NCBI GenBank assembly: GCA_965218585.1
Contig: CBDCLE010000026.1
Coordinates: forward strand, 96,001-160,000
Reading direction: 5' to 3'
DNA from: Terriglobia bacterium
GTDB lineage: Bacteria > Acidobacteriota > Terriglobia > 20CM-2-55-15
Length of the DNA: 64,000 nt
Shown: piece after piece, positions 10,529 through 21,044 of the stretch
Numbering within the stretch: the stretch's first letter is position 1
Layout of the letters: every line of letters starts with the position of its first letter
Notes under the pieces: model-generated
Told to the model about the DNA's origin: nothing
Database searches by the model: none
The model's input: the letters and a program-made list of their open reading frames with translations, nothing else
Made by a program: the position numbers and the translations under genes

Positions 10529-13063
10529 ATGATCACCTTCCAGACATTCTGGCCCCTCCTACTGCTTGGGGCGATCCCTTATTTCTGGTGGGTGAGTCAA
10601 AAAACGCTGACTGACTTGAGCCCGGGACATCTGAAGCTCGGAACGGGAGTGCGCTCCGCTATTGTCGCGTGTCTGGCACTTGCGTTGATGCAGCCCGTTC
10701 TGAACCGTTCCGGCAACTGGGTCTCAGTCGTCTATCTGCTTGACGTCTCCCAGAGTGTTTCGCCCCAGGCTATTTCCGAAGCCATCGATTGGATCGAGGA
10801 AACTGAAGCCGTCGGGAACCCGGACCATTCCAGATTCATACCCTTCGCATCGAACTCGCTCGTGTTTGAAGAACTCGACGAACTCAGAACGGTGCAGGTG
10901 ACCAGCATCCCGACCGATGGTGCGATCGACCAGAGCGCGACCGACATCGAGAGGGCGTTGACCCAGGCATCACGCAGCTTCGCTCCCAACCATCTCAAGC
11001 GCCTGGTCCTGCTATCAGACGGCGGTGAAAATGCAGGGGAAGTGAAGGACTCGATCCTCAGGATGAATAAGGAAAACGTCCAGGTCTTCACGCGACCGAT
11101 CGCTGCCCGGGTTGGTTCAGACGCGTGGGTGGAAGATGTGCTGGCGCCCGCAACGGTCACCGAGGAAGAATTGTTTCCACTCGAAGTTCACGTCCACAGC
11201 CAGATTCGAACCAGCGGCGAGGTGGAAGTCCGTTACGGGACCGACGAACCCGAAACACGAGAGGTCGAGCTGGAACCTGGAATCAACCGTCTCTCTTTCG
11301 AAATCCGACTCACCGATACCGGCCCGGCTATGATCGAAGCGGAAGTAAGAATCGATGGGGACCGTTTCCCCGACAATAACGTCTTTCGCCAATCTGTGCT
11401 TGTTGATGGACCGCCACAGATCCTTTACGTGGAGGGGCGAACTCAAAGCGCGAATTACCTCGAAAACGTCCTCGAAGGTGAAGGCATTGAAGTCGAGTCT
11501 GCCGCCCCCGGGGAAGTCCCCCTACTCCTGGAAGACCTGGATGCATACGAGGCCGTCATCCTGAGCGATGTTGAAGCCGACACAATGACGCCGGTGGAAA
11601 TGGAAGCTCTGGCCATTTACGTCCGCGAGTTGGGTGGGGGGTTTCTCCTTGTCGGCGGAGAATCCGTTTACGGTGAAGAGGGTTATTCAGAAACGGTTGT
11701 AGAGGAAATACTGCCGGTGAGCTTTGATCTGGAAAGGCCGTCGGTCGCTCTGATCATCGTCCTGGACAAGTCGGGAAGCATGGGGGGAGAAAAACTCGAA
11801 CTCGCGAAAGAGGCGTCCAAGGCGGCTGTCGAGGTGCTCCGGGACGATCACATGATCGGCATCGTCGCTTTCGACTACGACCATTATTGGCCCGTGGATC
11901 TGCAGACGGCAGAGGATCGCGAAGAAATCGATCGAAGAATCAGCCGAATCATCGCGGGCGGTGAAACCAATATCTATCCCGCCCTCGAGGAAGCCTTTGA
12001 TGAATTGACCGATATCGAGGCTGAGGTCAAACACGTCATTCTGCTCTCGGACGGTCGATCGCTTCCTGAAGATTTCGAAGAACTCGTCTTGCGGATGAAC
12101 GAAGAAACGATAACTGTTTCAACGGTCGCGGTTGGAAACGGGGCAGATCGTGAGCTGCTGTCCAACATCGCGGCCTGGGGAAGCGGCCGGACCTATTTCA
12201 TGGAAGACGCCAACCGGGTACCCCAGGTGTTTGCCGACGAAGCCGAGCTGGCGACACAGGGAACGTTGCGCGAGGAGCCGTTCCAACCTGTCGTTCTGAA
12301 AGAAGTCGAAGCGTTCAAGGGCATCGATTTTTCAACAAGCCCACCACTGCTGGGCTATGTCTCTACGCTCCCCAAGGAGACGGCGGAAATCCTGTTGGAA
12401 TCGGATGTCGAAAAACCGATATTGGCTCGTTGGCAGTACGGTTTAGGAAAAACCGTGGCTTTCACCTCGGACGTGAAGGATCGCTGGGCAGCAGAATGGT
12501 TGAACTGGGACGGGTACAGCAAGCTCTGGCCCCAGTTGGTCCGTGAAACCATGAGACGGAGAGACGACGGTGAATTGGACCTGCAGATTGACAAGATCGG
12601 GAACGAGGCACAGATCTCGATTACAGCGCTCGAAGAAGACGGCAGTTTCCGGAATCGATTGGACTCACAGCTCAGCGTCGTTGATCCACAGCAAAACGTT
12701 TCCGTAGTGAATCTCCGCCATTCCGGACCTGGCACATTCGAAGGGGAATTCCCTGTTGACCAACGCGGGCCCTATCTGTTCCGGATAACCGGAGATGAGT
12801 CCGGGACTTCCCGGATCCTGCCCTATTCCTATCCTGAGGAATACCACTTCTATCCTCCCGATACAGAACTCCTCGCAGAAGTGAGTTCCGTTACAGGCGG
12901 AGTCTATGATGCCAGCGCGTCCGACGTCTTCGGCTCGGACCAGGAAAGCATAATGAGACCGACACCGCTTTGGCCGTACATGGCGATCGTCGCGTTACTT
13001 CTGTATATGGGAGACATACTTCTGCGCCGGCTTCGCCTGTTCGAACCTGAGGTCACATCCTAA
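10529..13063 (+). CDS. VWA domain membrane protein with glutamine amidotransferase-like domain
   Basis: Two MIDAS motifs (DVSQS, DKSGSM), LLSDG twice, GGGFLLVGG, WQYGLGK. Confidence 0.88.
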   Translation: MITFQTFWPLLLLGAIPYFWWVSQKTLTDLSPGHLKLGTGVRSAIVACLALALMQPVLNRSGNWVSVVYLLDVSQSVSPQAISEAIDWIEETEAVGNPDHSRFIPFASNSLVFEELDELRTVQVTSIPTDGAIDQSATDIERALTQASRSFAPNHLKRLVLLSDGGENAGEVKDSILRMNKENVQVFTRPIAARVGSDAWVEDVLAPATVTEEELFPLEVHVHSQIRTSGEVEVRYGTDEPETREVELEPGINRLSFEIRLTDTGPAMIEAEVRIDGDRFPDNNVFRQSVLVDGPPQILYVEGRTQSANYLENVLEGEGIEVESAAPGEVPLLLEDLDAYEAVILSDVEADTMTPVEMEALAIYVRELGGGFLLVGGESVYGEEGYSETVVEEILPVSFDLERPSVALIIVLDKSGSMGGEKLELAKEASKAAVEVLRDDHMIGIVAFDYDHYWPVDLQTAEDREEIDRRISRIIAGGETNIYPALEEAFDELTDIEAEVKHVILLSDGRSLPEDFEELVLRMNEETITVSTVAVGNGADRELLSNIAAWGSGRTYFMEDANRVPQVFADEAELATQGTLREEPFQPVVLKEVEAFKGIDFSTSPPLLGYVSTLPKETAEILLESDVEKPILARWQYGLGKTVAFTSDVKDRWAAEWLNWDGYSKLWPQLVRETMRRRDDGELDLQIDKIGNEAQISITALEEDGSFRNRLDSQLSVVDPQQNVSVVNLRHSGPGTFEGEFPVDQRGPYLFRITGDESGTSRILPYSYPEEYHFYPPDTELLAEVSSVTGGVYDASASDVFGSDQESIMRPTPLWPYMAIVALLLYMGDILLRRLRLFEPEVTS

Positions 13064-13134
13064 GCCCGCTGGCCCACATTCGCATCCGGCGCACTACGTC
13101 ATCCAAACTGTTGGAATCGGGCGAAGATTTCGCT

Positions 13135-13308
13135 CGGTCGTTCCAACGGCCATCCTGGCCGAACGACCGGCGACCCTCGCAATCATCCTGATTGCGAGGC
13201 CTAAGGGGACACAACGACACTTTGAAGCAGGCACTGAAGGACCCGCACTGGTCTCCGGTGCGGGTGGACAACGAGGCGGAGCCGCGGCGTCAGTGTAAGA
13301 GAACGATC
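13135..13308. repeat. structured intergenic element, copy 1 (three hairpins plus conserved tail)
   Basis: Colinear similarity to 59656-59827 with compensatory changes in the stems. Confidence 0.8.
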
Positions 13309-13361
13309 AAAGCGAGCATGATGATCCGCCAACTCTGGCTGAAGGCGAATAGCTCTACAAG

Positions 13362-13991
13362 CTAAAAGCTCACAGCATCCGCAACAGCGATTCGAATCGC
13401 CGCGTAAACGATCCATCCTCCGATTACGACCACTCCCCCTAACCTGGGTGAGGACTCCCTGCTGAGAAATTGGTAGCCAACGACCAGCAACGCGAGCACC
13501 CAGATCGTAATCGCATCGATCATGCTGGCCGCAACAAAGAGCTCGGACGAAACTGACCCGGGATCCAGCAGACGGGCCGCGCTCAGCCGTCCGACCTGAA
13601 CCGAAGGTGGTTCCACGCCAGACGAAATCATGAGAACTACGCTCTGCGCAAGATGGTAGATCGCTGAGGGGACAAAGGCCAGCGCCGTCACGGAAAGAAA
13701 ACTCCTGTAGCCATGCCGACGTCCGAGGAAAGAAAAGATCAAGAAGAAAAGACCCGAAACCAGCAAGACGACGAAGGCGGGTCCCAACACGGCGACCGCA
13801 AGTGTGAGGGTCCACACTCCGCGCAGTAGGGCGTCTGCAGGTGGGAACTTGAAATAGACGACCAGGCTCGTTACAGCCGCAAAGACAGTAGGAATCATAA
13901 CCGGAACGATGACGATCGGTCTGTCGGTGGCCCCCGACATCGTTGCCGACGGCATCCAGAACACGCTCAGCGCTCGGTAGAGATCGCCCAT
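13362..13991 (-). CDS. Yip1 family membrane protein
   Basis: About five TM segments; N-terminal VFWMPSAT pattern. Confidence 0.6.
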   Translation of the reverse strand: MGDLYRALSVFWMPSATMSGATDRPIVIVPVMIPTVFAAVTSLVVYFKFPPADALLRGVWTLTLAVAVLGPAFVVLLVSGLFFLIFSFLGRRHGYRSFLSVTALAFVPSAIYHLAQSVVLMISSGVEPPSVQVGRLSAARLLDPGSVSSELFVAASMIDAITIWVLALLVVGYQFLSRESSPRLGGVVVIGGWIVYAAIRIAVADAVSF

Positions 13992-14103
13992 AGCGTTCTG
14001 ATTCTACCCCATGAGGAAATTACTGAACCACAGAGGCGCGGAGGCACAGAGCCGAACGGAGTCCCTTGAAGTTCTTGGGTTTTGGTTAGAGCTAAAGCAA
14101 GAC

Positions 14104-14988
14104 TCAGGGCGATGGAGGAACTTCGCCCAGGTAGTCTAGGGTGACATCCACAATGCCGATTTCCACACGACGGTTTCGGGCACGTGCTGCGGGAGTGGCT
14201 CCATCAACCCGTGGACTCGACTGACCGTACCCTCGAGTGGTGATGATATCGGCGTCGACACCGGATTGGACGATGTAGTCGCGAACTGACTCGGCCCGCC
14301 TCTCCGACAGTTGCTGATTGTAGGCTTCCGAACCTACGTCGTCGGTATGTCCATACACGTAGATGGAATAGCCGGTAGAGGTCAAGAGAACTCCGGAAAT
14401 TCGGCTCAACAGTTCACGTTCGGCAAAGCCCAGCTCCGCGCGGTCGAACTCGAATTCGATTGCGTCTGTTCCAAGGTTCATAACCAAACCCAGTGCAGTT
14501 CGACGCGTTTCTACAATCTCGCTGAGCGCTCGCTCCAACCGGTCCAACTCGGCTTGACGCTCCCTCTGGATTCGCTCTGTTTCCTGGCGGGCTGCTTCTG
14601 CATCCGCTTGGGCTGACGCCGCCAAGGCCTCAGCCTGGACCCGTCCTGATTCCGCACTCAGTTGTGCTTCCTCTGCAACCTGGCGCGTACGCGCAGCTTC
14701 CTGGGCGTTTTCCTCAGCGCTGGCAGCTCGCCTCATCGCTTCTTCTGCGGACTCCGCTGCGTCGCGTGCCACACCGAGAGATTCAGCAACCTGTTCCCCC
14801 ATCTCTCCGACGCGCGTGTCAACATTCGCAAGGCGATCCTCAACCCTCGACATCTGTTCCAGGAACAGGTAGCCCATCAAACCAATTCCTGCCAGGACAA
14901 CCAGTATGGCGATAACGAGTTCGGTTTGGGACGCACCGCGTTGTGAACTGGATCTATCCGGCTGAGGTATCTGTTGTAAAAGGTTCAT
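14104..14988 (-). CDS. OmpA family peptidoglycan-binding protein with N-terminal TM anchor and coiled coil
   Basis: FEFDRAEL, GHTDDVGSEAYNQQLSERRA, RNRRVEI. Confidence 0.92.
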   Translation of the reverse strand: MNLLQQIPQPDRSSSQRGASQTELVIAILVVLAGIGLMGYLFLEQMSRVEDRLANVDTRVGEMGEQVAESLGVARDAAESAEEAMRRAASAEENAQEAARTRQVAEEAQLSAESGRVQAEALAASAQADAEAARQETERIQRERQAELDRLERALSEIVETRRTALGLVMNLGTDAIEFEFDRAELGFAERELLSRISGVLLTSTGYSIYVYGHTDDVGSEAYNQQLSERRAESVRDYIVQSGVDADIITTRGYGQSSPRVDGATPAARARNRRVEIGIVDVTLDYLGEVPPSP

Positions 14989-15017
14989 CTATAGGTGCCA
15001 TTGTGGATCGGCGGATC

Positions 15018-15701
15018 TCACGATCCTCTGGGACGCCCCAGATCGCCGTTTCCCCGAGCCTTCTCGGCAGTCCGCTTCTGGTGGAGCTGTTGTCTGAGAT
15101 TTTCGTTGGCGCTCTTCAGATAATCGATCAGGGCTTCCAACCGATCACTCGCCGATGTCATCTCGAGTAACCGCTGCTTCTCATCAAACTCCATATCCAG
15201 AACATACGCCACCATGAAAGACAATTCCGAGGGAGAATCCGGAAGTTCGAGTTCGGCAGCCCTCTCTCCGGTCAGTTCAACACCTTTCCTGTAGGCGTCC
15301 AGATAGAGTTTGCCGACCTCAGACTGGAGTTCTTCCAGGACCGATTCAGCTTCATCCCTGTCATCAACGGGCTCTATCGCAGCACTCCAGAACGGCGACG
15401 GCTCCTTGAGTTCCAGAATCCGGAATCGGTCTTCCCCTTCGGTCAGTATGTTCATGCGTCCATCCTCGAGCCGCTCGACCTGAACAACGCGGGCGAGGAC
15501 CCCCACTTTCTTGATGTTCGAAGCTTTTTCTTCCTCACCGTTGAACAGAACGACGCCGAACGGATTTTCATCACCGATACACCCACTGACCATCGTCTTG
15601 TATCGCTCTTCGAAAATGTGTAGTGGAAGTTGAACCCTCGGAAAGAGGACCACGTTCGGAAGCGGAAACAACGGAATTTCAATGTGATCGGAGTGCGGCA
15701 T
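15018..15701 (-). CDS. Lon N-terminal substrate-binding domain protein
   Basis: IPLFPLPNVVLFP..QLPLHIFEERY; DGRMNIL; KQRLLE. Confidence 0.9.
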   Translation of the reverse strand: MPHSDHIEIPLFPLPNVVLFPRVQLPLHIFEERYKTMVSGCIGDENPFGVVLFNGEEEKASNIKKVGVLARVVQVERLEDGRMNILTEGEDRFRILELKEPSPFWSAAIEPVDDRDEAESVLEELQSEVGKLYLDAYRKGVELTGERAAELELPDSPSELSFMVAYVLDMEFDEKQRLLEMTSASDRLEALIDYLKSANENLRQQLHQKRTAEKARGNGDLGRPRGS

Positions 15702-15754
15702 CAACCCTCGGGTTACGGGCAACTCCACCGGTGGGCTGCGGGATTGTTTCTCTG

Positions 15755-16249
15755 CTATATGAAGAGCTCTTCGTCGCGACGGGAATCATCGGCTGAACTA
15801 CGATCTTTCCGGTTCAAGAAGAACTCGAAACCTTTGGTAACGCCTCGAGCCAGCGCGCCAACCTCCCGAACTGGACGAATGATGGAGTCCTGAACGACGT
15901 CAACGGTCTCGTTGACGCGCTCGCTGACCTCGCGGCTCATGTGGTCGACTCGTTCGAGCTGATTTTGCAGCGTTCGACCCGTCTCTCCAATCATTTCTTC
16001 GACGTTGTGCACCTGCTCCCGAGCGGCCCGGCCAACCTCAACGACGTCCTCAGAAACGGTTTTGAGATTGTCCGTGACGGCCTTCAAGGACGGCATCAGC
16101 TCGCGGAGCTGTCCGAGCGTAAGTTCCACTTGCGCCACCACACGCCTCGACAACAAGTAGAGACTCAGGAGTATGCCGGCCTGTAGCATCACCGCAGCGG
16201 CAGTCAAAGCGACGAAAAGAGTCAACAAGCCTTCCAAGGTATCCTCCAA
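15755..16249 (-). CDS. membrane-anchored coiled-coil protein (DUF948-like)
   Basis: N-terminal TM followed by amphipathic repeats; adjacent to the YtxH gene. Confidence 0.6.
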   Translation of the reverse strand: MEDTLEGLLTLFVALTAAAVMLQAGILLSLYLLSRRVVAQVELTLGQLRELMPSLKAVTDNLKTVSEDVVEVGRAAREQVHNVEEMIGETGRTLQNQLERVDHMSREVSERVNETVDVVQDSIIRPVREVGALARGVTKGFEFFLNRKDRSSADDSRRDEELFI

Positions 16250-16609
16250 TCAGTCCGAAGTGTCTTTTTCCTGAAGGTACGCCTCTTTCCCGGCTTCGAA
16301 GGCAGCAGCAAGCTGTTCTTTCTGCTTCTGGACGACGTCCTTGCCCTTATCGACAAGACCATCAAATTCATCCCTGCCACGATCAACCAGGGACGTCACT
16401 TCGTTGCCGACGCGCCGGCGGCCATCTTCCACAAACTGTCGGCTCTCTTCGGCCTTATTGCCTAGAAACTCGCGTCCCTCTTGAGCCCGCCTGTTAATGT
16501 CCTCGCGTGTCGCGCGTCCTGACTGCGGCGCAAATAGCAGGGCTACGGCACTGCCCACTCCCGCGCCCGCTAGAAAGTAAAGAAACTTGTCTCCAAAGCT
16601 GCCACTCAT
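16250..16609 (-). CDS. YtxH domain protein
   Basis: FLAGAGVGSAVALLFAPQSGRATR; GGAGG RBS. Confidence 0.9.
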   Translation of the reverse strand: MSGSFGDKFLYFLAGAGVGSAVALLFAPQSGRATREDINRRAQEGREFLGNKAEESRQFVEDGRRRVGNEVTSLVDRGRDEFDGLVDKGKDVVQKQKEQLAAAFEAGKEAYLQEKDTSD

Positions 16610-16658
16610 ATCGACCTCCTATTGGCCTAAGTTGATAGTAACACAGGAGCATAAGGAC

Positions 16659-16709
16659 TAATTCGGGGACAGTGAGCAAATTCCGAATTTGCTCACTGTC
16701 CCCGAATTA
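16659..16709. repeat. perfect 24-bp inverted repeat (GGGGACAG/CTGTCCCC palindrome)
   Basis: taattcggggacagtgagcaaatt-ccg-aatttgctcactgtccccgaatta. Confidence 0.9.
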
Positions 16710-16727
16710 AGGCCGAAGGTTGAAAGC

Positions 16728-18540
16728 TCAGGTCTGATCGAAGTGACGGCGAAGCGATTCCACCTGGCGACGGTTTGCGACCTTCGACAGTTTCTCGGGT
16801 GATGCCTCGCTCACCTTCTTCATGGATCCCGAAGTGATCGAGTAATTTACGAGCAGTCCGAGGCCCGATCCCAGCAATGTCTGCGAGTTGAGTCGTACGT
16901 CTCTGCCGGTCGCGACGCTTACGGTGAAAGGTAACGGCAAAGCGGTGACTTTCGTCCCGGATCTGCTGGATCAGACGAAGAACCGGTGAACGGCGATCCA
17001 GCATTACCGGTTCATCTTCTCGGCCGGCGATATAAATAATTTCCTCGCGTTTGGCGATACTCGCCAGCGGCTGATCCACGATGTTGAGGTCGTCGAGGGC
17101 AGCCTGCGCGGCGTGAAGCTGGCCAAGTCCCCCGTCAATAAGAATCAGGTCGGGCATTCGTTGCTTCTCTTCCAAGACCCGGCGGTACCGGCGGGTCACG
17201 ACCTCTTGCATGCTCTTGAAATCATCAGGCTTACCGGAAACAGATCGCACAATGAAACGGCGGTATTCGGACTTCCTCATACTTCCTTCGCGCCAGACGA
17301 CCATAGACGCAACAATGTCACTTCCCTGAAGATTGGATATGTCGAAGCCTTCGATACGCTTGGGTGTCTTCTCCAGTTCGAGCGTTTCCTCGACCTCGCG
17401 GGCAATCGTTGAAGCTGAAGGCATTGCTGAACGAAATCGTTGATCGAATGTCAGCTTCGCGTTGCGTCGCAACAGCTCCATCATCTCCCGTTTGGCCCCC
17501 CGAACCGGAGTCCGGATCTCGACCTTGCGCCCCTTCTTTTCACTGAGTCTCTCGGCCAGAACCAGTCGATCTTCGAAGACAACGGGTACGTGGATCTCGA
17601 CAGGAATAAATGGCGCGTCCAGGTAGTACTGTTTCAACAGCGCACCCAGGAATTCTGATTGATCAAAGTTCGCCTGGTCTTCCCAGAAGAGTTCTTTCTT
17701 GTTGACGACGCGTCCCCCACGCATGTGAAACGCTGAAACGGCAACCTGTGGGCCGTCCCTGTGCAGTCCGAATATATCTATATCGTCAGACCCGGCCGAT
17801 GCCATCTTCTGTCGCTCTGCCACCTGCTGGATTGTCCGAATAGCATCGCGGTGGTGTCCTGCAGCTTCGTACTCCTGGTTGCCGGAAGCTGCTTCCATCT
17901 TCTGTTTCAACCGGGCCAGGAGATCCCGCGTCCGTCCTTCCAGGAAAAGGCGAACGTCCTGAACCGATTCCATATACGCTTCCCGCGTCGAGAGTCGGGC
18001 CACACACGGGCCCATACATCGATGAATGTAGTACTGCAGGCATGGGCGTCCCCGCTTACCGTCGATCCTGATGTTGCAGTTGCGAACCATGAAATGGCGT
18101 TCGATCAGTCGAAGGGTCTTGCGAGCCAAACCGCCTGGAAAGTAAGGGCCGAAATAAAGCGCGCCGTCCTTGCGAACCCGGCGGGTGATCAACGCCTTGG
18201 GGTACGCCTCATTGAGGGTCAGCTTAATGTACGGGTATGTCTTGTCGTCCCTAAGCAAAACGTTGTATCGGGGCTTGTTCTGCTTGATCAGGTTGTTTTC
18301 AAGCGCGAGCGCCTCGCCTTCCGTATCGGTGACAATGAATTCCACATCCCAGACCTGGTCGATCATCCGGTCCCGGCGGGGATCGTGTGTCCGGGACTCC
18401 TGAAAGTAAGTACGGACACGATTCCTTAAAGACTTGGCCTTTCCGACGTAGAGAACCACCCCTCCCTCATCCCGGTATAGATACACCCCGGGACCCGTTG
18501 GAATGGCTTTCAATTTCGTGCTGAGTTTCGGATTCGGCAA
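16728..18540 (-). CDS. uvrC: excinuclease ABC subunit C (one-base frameshift near 16829, probably a sequencing error)
   Basis: PGVY..YVGKAKSLRNRV GIY-YIG, RIEGFDIS, IDGGLGQ, RDESHRFA; the HhH tail continues in another frame as SMKKVSEAS...FDQT*. Confidence 0.93.
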
Positions 18541-18718
18541 ATTACTTAATACCGCGGAAGTTGCCAGCTCGAACAGCGGGGGTTGAGGCCGCCGAGTCGT
18601 AGAGCCGCAAGGGTTTACGGACTATCGGAAAAATTATAACAAGCCTTGACCGTACCTTGCCTTTAACGTAGAGTGCCGCCTTAGCATTCCCTAACAGAAG
18701 CAGTCGGAGTCGATCAGC

Positions 18719-21018
18719 ATGAAACGGCGTTTCCCAACCATTCTGGGCGTATTTCTCACGCTCCTGTTTGCCTTGCTGGCGGCGAACCGCCTGGACTGGA
18801 CAGCGGAAAGCTTCCTCACCAGTCTGGACATGCGGTGGCTGGATACCAAGTTCAGATTGCGCGGGGAAAGAGCCCCCGGAGATCAACTGGTCCTGGTCGC
18901 ACTCGACGAAAGGTCACTGGAATCACTGGGATCAGCCCGCCTGTTCGAGCGTCATCATGTAGCACAACTTGTCGATCGACTCAATCAGGCAGGCGCCCGG
19001 GTTATCGGCTTTGACATCACCTACAGCGAACCCGACCCCACCAGCCCCGACAACGATCGTCTCTTTGCTGAAGCAATCGAAAGGGCAGGTAACGTGGTCC
19101 TGGGCACCTATTTCGAGCTGGAGGCCACAACCGGACAGAGCGGGGAACGGGGAGAGTTGACGCCGGAGTTCCAGGAAATCGTAATCGAAAAGCAGGTATA
19201 CCCATCGCTCAGAACGAGCGGAACAGAAGGCGGAGAAACGCTTATTCAGGGCAACACGCTTGAAATGAACCTTCCTTCCCTGACCCGGGCAGCGGCTTCA
19301 TTTGGTTCCGTTAACGTTCATACAGATGCTGATGGCTCCCCCCGGTATCAGCCGCAGTTCATCGAATGGGGTGGAAGACTCTATCCTTCTCTGGACCTGC
19401 AACTGTTGAAACGTTACCTGGACGCGCCTTCGGTCGGGGTGACGATGCAAGACGGAAGAATGGAACAGGTGCAGGTCGGCGATTACGTTATTCCGACTGA
19501 CCGCTACGGTCGTTACATGGTCAATTTCAATGGGCCTGCCAACACGTTTCCGACTGTGTCGTGGATTGATGTCGAAGAGGGTCGCGTGGATCCCGGAGCG
19601 CTACGCGACAAGATAGTCCTTGTTGGGCCAACGGCGATTGGTCTGGGCGACGTCCTCCCTACTCCGTTCGACCCGGTGCTGCCGGGCGTCGAAATACATG
19701 CAAACGTCATCGACAACGTGCTCGAGCAACGCTACCTGGTGCGCGACACAATGACCTCCATGGTTGATCTGCTCCTTATCGTGGGCCTGGGTGTCCTCGT
19801 ATCTCTGTATCTCCCGAAGATGGGAGCGACTCGGAGCATCATCTCCACGGTAGTGGGGTTGCTCGCGTTCACAGGGCTGAACGTCTGGGTCTTTCTGCAG
19901 TTCACCTGGGTGTTGAGTTACGTGTATCCCGGACTGGCCTGGTCGTCACGAGCGGGTCCCTGATTTCTTACAAGTACCTCACTGAGGAACGGGAAAAGAA
20001 ACGGACTAAACAGGTCTTCTCGCACTATCTCGACCAGGCGGTTATCGACCAGGTCGTCGACCAACCCGAGAAGCTCAAGCTGGGTGGCGAAAAACATAGC
20101 CTGACGGTTCTGTTCTCCGACATTCGTGGCTTCAGTACATTCTCGGAAAAGATGACGCCTCAGGAACTGGTCGGTTTCCTCAACACCTATTTCGACCAGA
20201 TGACCAACATCATTTTCAAACACCAGGGAACGCTGGACAAATTGATCGGCGACGCCGTGATGTGTTTCTGGGGCCATCCCATCGAAACAGAAGACCATCC
20301 ACTGCGTGCGACCGTGGCTGCATTGGAGATGATGGATGTCGTCCATCAGATGCAGGAAACCGTTCGGCTACCCGGAGGGCATCTCTTTGACATCGGCATC
20401 GGTGTCAACACCGGAGATACGGTCGTCGGCAACATGGGCTCCCAGAACCGATTCAGCTACACCGCAATGGGCGACGACGTGAACCTTGGATCGCGGCTCG
20501 AAGGTCTCAATAAGTTTTACGGTACGAACATCCTGATTACCGACAGCACCTACCTCAAGGTACGGGACCGAATCTTCTGCCGGGAATTGGACAGGGTTAA
20601 GGTCAAGGGCCGGGACCATGCTGTAACGATCTACGAACCCCTCGGGCTACACAAACCCGAGCAGGAACAGCGGGTGTCGGACCGCCGAACCGATCCGACT
20701 CTCTGGAAACGATTCAAGGGGGCATATTCCAACGCGAGACACGGCGAACGGCGGCGCGGCGCGGACCGGCGCCAGGGATCGGCGGAACTGATCGTCGACC
20801 CGAAATGGGAAGAGATCCGCACGATCTTCGAACATGGTTTGGAACTGTACCGTGAAGCCGATTTCGACGGCGCGGACCAGGCATTTGACCACGTCATGAA
20901 ACTTGTTCCGGAAGATGGACCTTCGCGTATGATGAAGGCACGCATCGAAAAATATCGCGCGGAGTTCGTCGGGGCAAGGTCGGAGTTCGATCCGATTCAC
21001 AAGTTTGACGAGAAATAG
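18719..21018 (+). CDS. CHASE2-domain class III adenylate cyclase (one-base frameshift near 19938)
   Basis: CHASE2 motifs (LVALDERSL, IGFDI, PGVEIHA), three TMs, then FSDIRGF, DKLIGDAVM, GDDVNLGSRLE; adding one C at 19938 joins the two ORFs. Confidence 0.9.
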
Positions 21019-21044
21019 CCTGGAAACAGCTTGGACATAGCCAG

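Noticed and set aside
13201-13815. 204-aa minus-strand ORF running into the structured element
   Set aside because: Alternative frame of the Yip1 gene plus translated repeat sequence
18719-21018. Separate CHASE2 and cyclase genes, or programmed frameshifting
   Set aside because: No slippery sequence; a single missing C restores the usual fused architecture
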